The translations under genes and the position numbers were made by a program. The notes below the pieces were generated by a model. The model saw nothing but the letters and a program-made list of their open reading frames with translations, ran no database searches and was not told where the DNA came from. A DNA stretch of 64,000 nucleotides, from NCBI GenBank assembly GCA_041660185.1, contig JBAZWU010000011.1, forward strand, positions 28,883 through 92,882, written 5' to 3'. Below are positions 18,479 to 26,904 of the stretch, in pieces (within the stretch, counting starts at the first letter, position 1; each line of letters starts with the position of its first letter). The DNA comes from Elusimicrobiota bacterium. Lineage in GTDB: Bacteria; Elusimicrobiota; Elusimicrobia; 2-01-FULL-59-12.

Positions 18479-19631
18479 GGGCCCCGTGAGGGCCGATATT
18501 AAAGGTCACGCGCAACAACCCGAGGTCTTCCTTCAACCCGTCGGAGCGGTTCACATGACTGCCCTGCAGGCTCAGATGACTGAACTCCGTCGGGGAGTAC
18601 GTGAGAAAGACGAGGCCCCCGTATTCATGGAGCGAGCTGTCCGTGGGGAACTGCGAATAATCGTAGCGCCCGCCAGCGGCCCAGCGCTGGGCAAACTGAT
18701 ACTGGAGCCAGCTCATGAGTCCGCGGCTGTCTTGGGTGTCGGACGTGCTGTTGTCATGCTTGTTCCAGAGCGCCTCGGTCTGCCAGATCAACGAACGGTA
18801 GATGGCGCGCGCCGGGTTCTTCCAGCGGAACGTGACATCGACCGAGTACAACTGGCTGTGAAGGGTGTTGGACGAATTCAGCGTAACCGGATCGAGCTGC
18901 TGACCGGAAGGGCCGTAGGCATAACTCCCGCCATAGGAAACGTTGGCCGCGTCCGTCAGGTCAAAGTAGCTGTTGAGCCGCGCGGTATAGAGCAGGTCTC
19001 TGCGCTGCGCGCGGTCAAAGGCCGGGCTGTCCGTGACCTCCGGAGGCCTGAGCGCCTCAAAATCCGCGTTGAGGTAAACCCAGGGATTGGGAATCAACCA
19101 GGACAAACCCGCGCCGGTGCCGGCGAGGCCGTCTTCGCCAAGGTAATTGCGCTCGACCAGGGGCCGTGTGGCGAAGGGCGTATCATGCGGATGCGTACGG
19201 TTAAACGGACCAAAATAGGATCTGAATTTCCCGCCGCGCAATCCCAAACCAGCCGGGAGATGAAACCACGTGACATACCCCTCTTCCAGTTCGGCATTGC
19301 CGTCCGAATCGAAGCTCAGAAAGAAATCTCCCCGCGCCCAGGGGTCGACGATGGCTTGAAAGGCGATTTCCGTTTCTTTCAGCTGAAGCGCCGGCTCGGC
19401 GTCATGCCCGGGGTCGTGCGGATGGCCTGCTTCGCTCTGGAACCAGCCGACCACGCTGAGATTGGGGTTCAAGATATTGGAACTCAGGAGAGCGCCGGAC
19501 GTGCCGGCACTCGGCGGAGCAGCGGCTGCTCCGGACGGACTGCTCAGACCGGGCGGCTCAGACGTCTGGGCCGCGGCCAGGGATGGTCCAGCGGCCAACA
19601 GGATGCAGATCACAATAAACTTCCGATTCAT
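18468..19631 (-). CDS. putative outer-membrane beta-barrel (porin-like) protein
   Basis: 387 aa with signal peptide 'MNRKFIVICILLAAGPSLAAA'. It has alternating aromatic beta-strand-like segments and a C-terminal '...GPHGAHAF' (terminal Phe). It is preferred over the long antisense ORF 18444..19820. Confidence 0.55.
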   Translation of the reverse strand: MNRKFIVICILLAAGPSLAAAQTSEPPGLSSPSGAAAAPPSAGTSGALLSSNILNPNLSVVGWFQSEAGHPHDPGHDAEPALQLKETEIAFQAIVDPWARGDFFLSFDSDGNAELEEGYVTWFHLPAGLGLRGGKFRSYFGPFNRTHPHDTPFATRPLVERNYLGEDGLAGTGAGLSWLIPNPWVYLNADFEALRPPEVTDSPAFDRAQRRDLLYTARLNSYFDLTDAANVSYGGSYAYGPSGQQLDPVTLNSSNTLHSQLYSVDVTFRWKNPARAIYRSLIWQTEALWNKHDNSTSDTQDSRGLMSWLQYQFAQRWAAGGRYDYSQFPTDSSLHEYGGLVFLTYSPTEFSHLSLQGSHVNRSDGLKEDLGLLRVTFNIGPHGAHAF

Positions 19632-19688
19632 AAGACCTCCTCATTTCAGAGAGAGATGCTCCGGACATCTAATGGAACAGCTTGTGTC

Positions 19689-19964
19689 TCAGAAGGAGAG
19701 GGCGGGAGGAGAAAGGCCGTGGGAAACGAAAACGAAGTGAACGTACGAAGAAGGGCCATCAATAAACAGGGAATCCGTAATCACAACTCCCGGAACGATC
19801 CGCTGCGCGACATCCGTTAAAGCGGGCGTCTGATGAGCGATTTTACAGACAACACAATTCGTTTCGGATTGGACCGCCGGGTGGCGGTGGCACATCTGCA
19901 GCGCGGAGGATCCGAGGAATACGGAAAGGATCAGCAACGGCAAAACCCGGGCGCACTTTTTCAT
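19689..19964 (-). CDS. hypothetical small secreted protein (CxxH/CxxC-containing)
   Basis: 91 aa with a signal-like N-terminus. Weak call. Confidence 0.3.
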   Translation of the reverse strand: MKKCARVLPLLILSVFLGSSALQMCHRHPAVQSETNCVVCKIAHQTPALTDVAQRIVPGVVITDSLFIDGPSSYVHFVFVSHGLSPPALSF

Positions 19965-19999
19965 TACGGAGGGATAATAGCCCGGATCAGCGGATCAAG

Positions 20000-20371
20000 T
20001 CAACTTTTGGGAGGAAAGAGGAGTTGCCGGACGTTTTTCACGAGGTCGTCCGGATCGAAGGGTTTGTCCATGTAATGGACGACATTGGGAACCAGTTTGA
20101 AAATCTCGCGCGAACTGCCTTTGGCCGTCAGAACTAAAATTGGAATCCGGCGCATCTCCGGGTCTTTGAAAAGCGCTCCGCTCACGCAGAAGCCGTCCAT
20201 CCCGGGCATCATCACATCCAGAATAATCAGGTCGGGCCACTCCTCACGGGCCATCTCAATCCCGGACTGGCCGTCGCGCGCCACGCTCACGGTGTGCCCC
20301 TCCTTCACCAGGAGGAAGCCCAGCATCCTCAGAATATTGGGGTCATCGTCTATGATCAGAATCTTAGCCAT
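20000..20371 (-). CDS. single-domain response regulator (CheY-like receiver)
   Basis: 'MAKILIIDDDPNILRMLGFLL...DLIILDVMMPGMDGF...ILVLTAKG...YMDKPFDPDDL' contains the canonical D-D...D...T...K receiver residues. Confidence 0.85.
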   Translation of the reverse strand: MAKILIIDDDPNILRMLGFLLVKEGHTVSVARDGQSGIEMAREEWPDLIILDVMMPGMDGFCVSGALFKDPEMRRIPILVLTAKGSSREIFKLVPNVVHYMDKPFDPDDLVKNVRQLLFPPKS

Positions 20372-20428
20372 GAGTCACCTCTCCAGCAGAGATACCTTAA
20401 TAATCTTCAGATTTCAATGGGAATATTG

Positions 20429-20545
20429 CAAAGGGAAAGCCCGCTTCTGTGCCCAACTGGACTTGACCGCCACACGTCGGGCGGTCACCCGCCTGGTTTG
20501 TGGCGGGTGAACCAGTAACCTCAACTTTCGTGCCTTGAACGGTGA
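20429..20545. repeat. degenerate partial duplicate of the 3' half of tRNA-Arg (anticodon arm to 3' end) carrying a 42-nt nested-hairpin insertion in the T-loop; att-site-like scar
   Basis: 'aagcccgcttctgtgcccaactggacttga' (20429-20460) is near-identical to 20554-20585. 'gaaccagtaacctcaac' (20509-20525) repeats 20584-20600. The insert 'ccgccacacgtcgggcggtcacccgcctggtttgtggcgg' forms stems CCGCCACA/TGTGGCGG and GGCGG/CCGCC. Confidence 0.6.
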
Positions 20546-20565
20546 CCAAAAGAGAAGCCCGCTAC

Positions 20566-20639
20566 TGTGCCCAACTGGACTTGAACCAGTAACCTCAACC
20601 TTCGCAGGGTTGCGCTCTATCCAATTGAGCTATGGGCAC
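20566..20639 (-). tRNA. tRNA-Arg (anticodon GCG as read; A20 identity element present; 3' CCA not encoded)
   Basis: The minus-strand sequence is GTGCCCATAGCTCAATTGGATAGAGCGCAACCCTGCGAAGGTTGAGGTTACTGGTTCAAGTCCAGTTGGGCACA. It folds with a 7-bp acceptor stem, a GCTC/GAGC D-stem, a CAACC/GGTTG anticodon stem with loop CUGCGAA, and a 5-bp T-stem. Confidence 0.8.
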
Positions 20640-20702
20640 AGAAGCGGGCCGTGTAACGCGAAGTCCTATTGTATCACAACATCGGAATTTGGACTTTGGA
20701 AG

Positions 20703-21392
20703 TCAGGACAGAACGCCGCGGACGAGAAGACCGAGCAGGACCACCGCCAGATTTCCCAACAACACATGAACCCACGTCCACTGCTTCTGACGGTAATAAT
20801 GAACATAAACCAGCGAACCCATCCAGGGGAACGCGAGCAGAAACCAGGCGCCCGGCAAGAGCAGCAGGCCTACGGCGACCAAGCGCTCGCCGATGTCCTG
20901 ATATTTCCACTCAACGAGAATGCGGGAATCCCCCCACAGATCATTTTCCAGGAAGAAGATCAGCACCGACAAGAAATGCGACAGGAGCACGCCGCAGAGC
21001 ACCGGTAAAATCCAGGGCTGTGTGGGGACCACGGGAGTCGCCGGAGAAAAAGCCAGGATCATCGTCACATGGACCACCTGGTCCCAGAGCATAAACCCGG
21101 TGTTGTCCGGGCTTCCGGCTTCCTGAATCGACCAGATCCGCCACTCATCCTCCAGCCAGTGGAAAAGCGTCAGGAGTCCCACGCAGACCCAACCGTCCAA
21201 CCGGAACCAGCGCGTCTGGACCCACGGCCACGACAGGTAGGGCCACACCAGAATCGTCATGACCACAGGGTGCGTCAGGATGTGAATCAGCATCCCGCCG
21301 TAATTCTTCCGTTTCGAGCTCGCGACCTTGTTGGTCTGGAGCGTGAAATCCGAGATGAAATGCGCTAAGACGAGACGCCAGAAAATATCCAT
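20703..21392 (-). CDS. DUF3307-like membrane protein
   Basis: N-terminus 'LAHFISDFTLQT' matches the H-x3-DF-x-LQ signature of DUF3307. The protein is polytopic. Confidence 0.55.
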   Translation of the reverse strand: MDIFWRLVLAHFISDFTLQTNKVASSKRKNYGGMLIHILTHPVVMTILVWPYLSWPWVQTRWFRLDGWVCVGLLTLFHWLEDEWRIWSIQEAGSPDNTGFMLWDQVVHVTMILAFSPATPVVPTQPWILPVLCGVLLSHFLSVLIFFLENDLWGDSRILVEWKYQDIGERLVAVGLLLLPGAWFLLAFPWMGSLVYVHYYRQKQWTWVHVLLGNLAVVLLGLLVRGVLS

Positions 21393-21393
21393 G

Positions 21394-23457
21394 TTATTTT
21401 GTTTTCACTTCGAAAACCCCGTCCCAATTCTCGGCTGGCGGATCGGCACGGAACGCCTCCACACGCTGAATATACGTTTCACACGCCTTATCATGCCCGA
21501 GGATTTTCAGGACTTCAAGGAATTTCAACCGGGCCGGCTCAAACTCCCGCTGGGCAAACAGCTGAATCGCCTCGTGATACAACGGCAGCGCCTGCTGCCA
21601 GAGCGAACTCAACGACCCTTTCTCACCCAGCAGCTCATAGGTGATGACCGGTTTCGCTTTTCCCGGCACACGGATTTTATCTAGGAACCGCACGTCGAAT
21701 TTGTCCTGGACCAGCTCGTAGGTGAATTCGCTGATCATGATGCAAGTCCCGAACGCCTTATTGGCCCCTTCCAAGCGGGACCCCAGGTTGACGTTGTCGC
21801 CCATCACCGTGTAATCGGATTTCTGCTGTGACCCCATGTTACCGACCACCATGACCCCGGAGTTGACGCCGATCCGGATGCTTAGGGGGTTCAGTCCTTC
21901 GGCTTTCAGTTCCTGATTCAACTGGTTCAGGCGCTGAATGCTTTTCAAAGCACACCGGCAGGTCCGCTCGGCATGATCGGGCTGCTTCACCGGAGCGTTC
22001 CAGAACGCCATGATCCCGTCGCCCATGTACTTGTTGAGGTAGCCGTCGTATTCGAAAATGACCTCGGTCATGCTCGAGAGATACCGGTTCAGGAGCACCA
22101 CCAGTTCGTCCGGATTCATGCGCTCGGAAATGGACGTAAACCCGGCGATATCCGAGAAGAACACGCTCATTTCGCGTCGCTCGCCGACCAGTTTCAGCTT
22201 GGACGGATCCGCCATCAAAGCATCCAGGACCTTCGGGGAGACATACTGCCCGAAGGCGGCTTTCACCCAGCGTTTCTCTTTCTCTTCCGTAAAAAATCGA
22301 TACAGGACCATCGCCACATAACCGAAGGCCAGCGCCGCCAAAGGCCCGGCCATGTCAATGACCAGGTGGCGCGACGCAAAAAACCACTGTGCGACTCCCG
22401 CGTACAGCAATCCCAGGCTGACCACAGCCAGGGCGCCGGCACCGGCTGAAAAACGAACCAGGACCAGGCCGCAGAGCAAGGCGAAGACGCCGATCGCCGC
22501 GTAGGTCCACCTCAGGCCGGCCTGACGGAGGCTGTTGTGCCACAGCAGATTATCGATGACGTTCGCGTGGAGTTCGACCCCGGGCATGTTCTTGGACATC
22601 GGCGTCGGGTAGTGATCGTACGTGCCGGTCGCTTCGGCTCCAACGAGCACCGCTTTCCCGGCAAAGGTTTCCGCCGGGATTTTTCCGGAGAGAACCGCCG
22701 CGTAAGAATAATACGGGAAGGTGTGTTCCTTCCCCGCAAAATTGACCGTCAAGTGACCCCGGGCATCCCGCGGGAGCTCGGAGACGAGTTTTTCCGGCGT
22801 TTCGCCGAGATAATAACCGGCTCCGATCAGGGACAACAGATTAAACCGTTGATCCTGATACCGCAACGTCGGAATGGCGTTTCGCAAAACCCCGTCGTCA
22901 TCGATCACCGCGTTGACGAAGCCGGCCTCGCGCATCGCCTGGAGCAGCTGGGGGAAAGGCGGGGTAAATCCAACGATCCGTTCATTCTTCAAATCAAAAT
23001 AGAGGCTATGGACCACCCAGGGGTGGCGCGCCGTGGCCCGGCTGAGCAGCTTGTCTCCTTCTTTATCGGACGTAAACGGTTCGATAAAAAAAACGTCGAA
23101 GAGAAGCGCCTTGGGCGGGGCTTTAGCCAGGGTTTCAATCAAGCGGGCGTGAATCCGGCGCGGCCAGGGCCATTGATGCAGGTCTTTCAGCGAGGCATCG
23201 TCGATCGCGATGATGGCGACATCCGGATGCGGGGTCCGGCAGCGGCGCAGTTGAAAACGGATATCCTGAGTGGCCCACTCCGCCCGCTGCACACGGCGCG
23301 CCAGAAAATAGTCCAATCGCCGCAGCGGCGAAGACGCGCTAGTGTCCAGATCTATAGAGGGATTATTAAAGTAAGCGCCGCGGCGCTGCTCCAGAAACGC
23401 ACAGAGGGCGGCAATGGCCAGGGTGAGGATTAGGCTGATCCAGCTATTTTTCCGCAT
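21394..23457 (-). CDS. CHASE2 sensor domain-containing class III adenylate/guanylate cyclase
   Basis: A periplasmic CHASE2-like N-region is followed by TMs. The cyclase core is 'VFFSDIAGFTSISERMNPDELVVLLNRYLSSMTEVIFEYDGYLNKYMGDGIMAFWNAP'. A TPR-like C-terminal tail follows. Confidence 0.85.
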   Translation of the reverse strand: MRKNSWISLILTLAIAALCAFLEQRRGAYFNNPSIDLDTSASSPLRRLDYFLARRVQRAEWATQDIRFQLRRCRTPHPDVAIIAIDDASLKDLHQWPWPRRIHARLIETLAKAPPKALLFDVFFIEPFTSDKEGDKLLSRATARHPWVVHSLYFDLKNERIVGFTPPFPQLLQAMREAGFVNAVIDDDGVLRNAIPTLRYQDQRFNLLSLIGAGYYLGETPEKLVSELPRDARGHLTVNFAGKEHTFPYYSYAAVLSGKIPAETFAGKAVLVGAEATGTYDHYPTPMSKNMPGVELHANVIDNLLWHNSLRQAGLRWTYAAIGVFALLCGLVLVRFSAGAGALAVVSLGLLYAGVAQWFFASRHLVIDMAGPLAALAFGYVAMVLYRFFTEEKEKRWVKAAFGQYVSPKVLDALMADPSKLKLVGERREMSVFFSDIAGFTSISERMNPDELVVLLNRYLSSMTEVIFEYDGYLNKYMGDGIMAFWNAPVKQPDHAERTCRCALKSIQRLNQLNQELKAEGLNPLSIRIGVNSGVMVVGNMGSQQKSDYTVMGDNVNLGSRLEGANKAFGTCIMISEFTYELVQDKFDVRFLDKIRVPGKAKPVITYELLGEKGSLSSLWQQALPLYHEAIQLFAQREFEPARLKFLEVLKILGHDKACETYIQRVEAFRADPPAENWDGVFEVKTK

Positions 23458-24736
23458 TCAAACGAAGAAGATGCGGTATTAACCGCGATTTTTCAAGGGA
23501 TTCCTGTGTGCCGGCTTTGAGCGATTTCAGCGTCACTTGGCCCTGCCGGAGCTCGTCTTCGCCCAGGATCAAACAGTGCGTGGAGCCGATGCGGTCGGCG
23601 AGCGTCAGCTGAGCGCCCAGTTTCTTATCGAAAAATCCCCCCTCGACAAGGACCTGTCGCTGGGACAGCTCCGGAGAAAGGCGCAACTCCTGCAGGAGAC
23701 GATAGGCTTCCAGCGCCGAGGAGTCGCCCAGCGCCGCGACGAAGATTTTGACGGGAGCCTGGGAAACCGGAAGACTCTGTTTCGTCTGCGTAGCCCGGAT
23801 CGCTTCAATCGCGCGCTCCACTCCCATCGCAAACCCCAGCGCCGGGACATCCGGACCGCCCAGATCTTTGACCAATCGGTCGTAGCGGCCGCCCGCGGCC
23901 AGCGCATCCTGCGCGCCGAGAAGCGTGGTCGTGACTTCGAACACCGTCCGCGTGTAGTAATCCAGTCCCCGCACCAGGCGCGGCACTACCTCGAAGGGGA
24001 CGCGGGTTTGCCGGGCCAGTTCTTGGACTTTTTCAAAATGCGCGCGGCAGTCGGCGCACCAGAACGTGTCAATCGTCGGGACCTCCGCCAGCGCCGGCCC
24101 GTCAATCTTACAGTCGAGAACCCGCAGCGGGTTTCGCTCCAGGCGGTGTTGGCAGTCTTCACAGAGGGTCGCGCGCCGGCCCTGGAGAAAAGCTATGAGC
24201 GCTTTCAGGTACGGCGGCCGGCAGCCGGCGCAGCCCAGGCTGTTGATTTTCAACCGCAGCTCCGAAAGGTCGAACCGCTGAAAAAGGGTGTGGACCAGAA
24301 GCAAAAGTTCGGCATCCGCGGCCGGCCCCGCATGGCCAAAGGTCTCCGCCCCGATCTGCCAGAACTCGCGGTAACGTCCGGCCTGCGGCCGTTCGGCCCG
24401 GAACATCGGCCCGATATAAAACAGCTTGCAGAATGGACTCGACTGAGATAAATGATGTTCGATAAACGCGCGGACAACACCGGCGGTGCCTTCGGGCCGG
24501 AGCGCCAGTTTTCGCCCGCCGCGGTCTTCGAAAACGTACATCTCTTTCTGGACCACATCGGTGGTGTCGCCGAGGGAGCGCTGAAAGAGTTCGACGGATT
24601 CAAAGGTGGGCGTGCGGATCTCGGAGTAGCCGAAGCGCTCGAACAACTGCAGGGCCGCTGATTCCAGCGTTTGGAACATCGCCGCATCAACCGGAAGGAT
24701 ATCTTTGGTGCCGCGGACCGCCTGGTAGTGGACCAT
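23444..24736 (-). CDS. hisS: histidine--tRNA ligase
   Basis: 'AVRGTKDILPVDAAMFQ...EIRTPTFE...RPEGTAGVVRAF' is the class IIa HisRS signature. The start is placed at the internal Met (MVHYQAVRG), because the ORF's first 26 residues look non-native. Confidence 0.9.
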   Translation of the reverse strand: MVHYQAVRGTKDILPVDAAMFQTLESAALQLFERFGYSEIRTPTFESVELFQRSLGDTTDVVQKEMYVFEDRGGRKLALRPEGTAGVVRAFIEHHLSQSSPFCKLFYIGPMFRAERPQAGRYREFWQIGAETFGHAGPAADAELLLLVHTLFQRFDLSELRLKINSLGCAGCRPPYLKALIAFLQGRRATLCEDCQHRLERNPLRVLDCKIDGPALAEVPTIDTFWCADCRAHFEKVQELARQTRVPFEVVPRLVRGLDYYTRTVFEVTTTLLGAQDALAAGGRYDRLVKDLGGPDVPALGFAMGVERAIEAIRATQTKQSLPVSQAPVKIFVAALGDSSALEAYRLLQELRLSPELSQRQVLVEGGFFDKKLGAQLTLADRIGSTHCLILGEDELRQGQVTLKSLKAGTQESLEKSRLIPHLLRLNAEK

Positions 24737-26740
24737 GAGCAGGATTATATGAAACAAAATGACGATGACGGCCTCTATCTCCTGAAGCGCAATCCGCTCT
24801 TCGGGCCGCTGCATGAGGACGTCCTGTCGGAGCTGGTAGGGTCCCTCAAAAAGTTAAGCCTGGCCAAAGGCGCCGTTCTCTTCCGGGAAGGCGATCCCGG
24901 CAGCAGTCTCTACCTCATCAAAAACGGGCGCGTCCGGATCAGTTCGCTCGATGCCCAGAACAAAGAGCAGACCGTCGCCTATGTCGGCTGGGGCGATGCC
25001 GTCGGAGAACTGGCGCTTCTCACGGGCGAGCCCCATGCGTTCAGTGTCACCTGTGACACCTCCTGCGAATTCCTGACGCTGACGAAGTCCGATTTCGACC
25101 GCATCCTTGAGAAATTTCCGCTCGTGGGCATTCAGTTGTCGCGCGCGCTCTCCAAACGGCTGGCGGTTTCATTTCATCCCAAGAAAGACAAACCCAAAAC
25201 ACCCAGACTCTTCGCCCTGGTCCCGGCGCTCCCCCATGAAGCGCAGGTAATTTTCACGATTAATCTGTCGATTCAGCTGGTGGAACAGACGCGCCGGAAA
25301 GTCATCCTGGTTGACCTGAGCCCGCGCAGCGGAGACATCGCCCGGGCCCTGGGCCTCAACGCGCCACCGGCCGCCGAAGAACTCTCCGGGGAAGACGACC
25401 TGATGAATCCGGACACGCTGAGCCAGTGGGTAATTTCCCATGTGTCCGGACTGGACATTCTGTCGCTGCATCCCCGGTTGTTCAAAGAGCAGGTTTTTGA
25501 AGGGCTGCCGGCTTTTTTAGGTCTGCTGAAAGACCAATATGATTTCATTCTGCTTCTGCCGCCCGTCGAAAAAAGCCCCTTAAGCCAGAAAGTGCTGCGG
25601 GAAGTCGACAAGGCGATTCTGATTCTCTGGGACCAGGCGGCGGACATCGTCACCGCGGTGCGGCTGGCGCTGGCGGATAACCTCGAGGGATCTTCCGCCG
25701 TCCTGTCCACAATTTTGCTGCAGCACCCTTCGGCCGCCAATACCACGCCCGCCGATTTCCGGGTCCCCTGGACGGAAACACTCCATCAGCCTTTTCGAGG
25801 AACCGGCTCGCCTTTTCTGTCGGACCTGGAAGCGGCTTCCACGCTGGCGGCGCTCGCCCGGATCGCGCGGGCGCTCGGCGGCTTGCGCGTGGGACTCGCG
25901 ATGGGATCCGGCGCGGCTTATGGCTATGCCCTGATCGGGCTCCTGAGCGTGTTCGAGAGGGAAGGGATTCCCATCGACATGATGGCCGGCTCGTCGATGG
26001 GAGCGTTGCTGGGGAGCTTTTACTGCGCCGGCATTTCTCTGGAGCGCATCCGAGAAATTTCCCGGGGTATCACCAAACGCTGGCTGTTTCAAAATATCAT
26101 CGGGGATCTAACGATCCCCCACTCGGGGCTGCTGGCCGGCCAGACCCTTAACGCCTTCTTAAGGAGCGTCCTGGGAGACATCGAATTCCATCAACTTCCG
26201 ATTCCCTTTGCCGCGATCGCTACGGACATCCGGTCGGGGCATGAAATCGTTCTTCAGGAAGGACGCGTGACGGACGCGGTCCGGGCGTCCACCTCGCTGC
26301 CGATCATTTTCACCCCGGTGCTCCACAAAGGCCGCTTCCTGGTGGACGGCGGTCTTGTGAATCCGGTCCCCACCTCCACGGTCGCCAGCATGGGAGCGGA
26401 CCTTTTGATTTCCGTCAATCTGACGGCCAAACCCTCGGTGCGGCGCGGGATGGGACGCTACCGGCGCAATATCCCGCTGGCGCCGCGCTCGCCCAGCATG
26501 CTGGAAGTGCTTTTCAAGATGATTTACACCATGCAGTACGAGATCGCCCAGGCGCGTACGGAAATCGCACACGTGGTGATCGCGCCGGATATGCGGGATT
26601 TTCTATGGACGGAATTCTATCGTTCGGAGGAAATTCTGAAAATCGGCGAAGCAGCCGCCGAAAGAGCCGTCCCCAAAATCAAAGCCCTCCTGCCGTTCTT
26701 CTCCAACCACTGCTCGTCCCCGCTGCATCTGAAACCGTAG
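24671..26740 (+). CDS. cyclic-nucleotide-binding domain + patatin-like phospholipase fusion protein
   Basis: The N-terminal cNMP-binding domain has 'GDAVGELALLTGEPHAFSV'. The C-terminus has the patatin 'GLAMGSGAAYGYALIG...MAGSSMGALLGSFYCAG' (GxSxG) and 'LVDGGLVNPVP' (DGG). The true start is likely the internal 'MKQNDDDGLYLLK' (~24749). Confidence 0.8.
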   Translation: MEHRRINRKDIFGAADRLVVDHEQDYMKQNDDDGLYLLKRNPLFGPLHEDVLSELVGSLKKLSLAKGAVLFREGDPGSSLYLIKNGRVRISSLDAQNKEQTVAYVGWGDAVGELALLTGEPHAFSVTCDTSCEFLTLTKSDFDRILEKFPLVGIQLSRALSKRLAVSFHPKKDKPKTPRLFALVPALPHEAQVIFTINLSIQLVEQTRRKVILVDLSPRSGDIARALGLNAPPAAEELSGEDDLMNPDTLSQWVISHVSGLDILSLHPRLFKEQVFEGLPAFLGLLKDQYDFILLLPPVEKSPLSQKVLREVDKAILILWDQAADIVTAVRLALADNLEGSSAVLSTILLQHPSAANTTPADFRVPWTETLHQPFRGTGSPFLSDLEAASTLAALARIARALGGLRVGLAMGSGAAYGYALIGLLSVFEREGIPIDMMAGSSMGALLGSFYCAGISLERIREISRGITKRWLFQNIIGDLTIPHSGLLAGQTLNAFLRSVLGDIEFHQLPIPFAAIATDIRSGHEIVLQEGRVTDAVRASTSLPIIFTPVLHKGRFLVDGGLVNPVPTSTVASMGADLLISVNLTAKPSVRRGMGRYRRNIPLAPRSPSMLEVLFKMIYTMQYEIAQARTEIAHVVIAPDMRDFLWTEFYRSEEILKIGEAAAERAVPKIKALLPFFSNHCSSPLHLKP

Positions 26741-26756
26741 GATCAGCTATTCATTA

Positions 26757-26886
26757 CCCTCACCCCAACCCTCTCCCTCAGCAGGGGGAGGGAGTTTCAG
26801 ATTCTCTGCACGTTTCCTTTCCCTCTCCCTGTTGAGGGAGAGGGAAAGCCGGACGGCCGCAGGCCGGACAGGCGCGGGTGAGGGCA
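26757..26886. repeat. ~130-bp composite palindromic repeat (P/G/E-coding 'GEG' element), copy A, intergenic between convergent genes
   Basis: 'ccctcaccccaaccctctccctcagcagggggagggag' ... 'ccctctccctgttgagggagaggg' ... 'gggtgaggg'. It contains nested hairpins with 10-bp perfect stems. The family recurs at 49348, 58021, 58447 and 59307. Confidence 0.8.
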
Positions 26887-26904
26887 TCATCCCCATGAAA
26901 TAAC

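Noticed and set aside
16680-19631. Looked for a ZnuC/MntB-type ABC ATPase in or next to the metal transporter locus
   Set aside because: No Walker A/B-containing ORF exists on either strand in 16100-19700. Its absence is recorded as an observation rather than a gene call.
18444-19820. 458-aa plus-strand ORF antisense to the outer-membrane protein gene
   Set aside because: The minus-strand ORF has a signal peptide, beta-strand-like composition and a C-terminal Phe. The plus-strand ORF is Arg/Ala/Gly-rich with no features, which is the typical high-GC antisense artefact. The same reasoning applies to 17735..18424, 23537..24451, 2313..2999, 6324..6956, 7032..7574, 22537..23433, 33675..34442, 44472..45158, 45908..46975, 50124..50762 and similar antisense ORFs.
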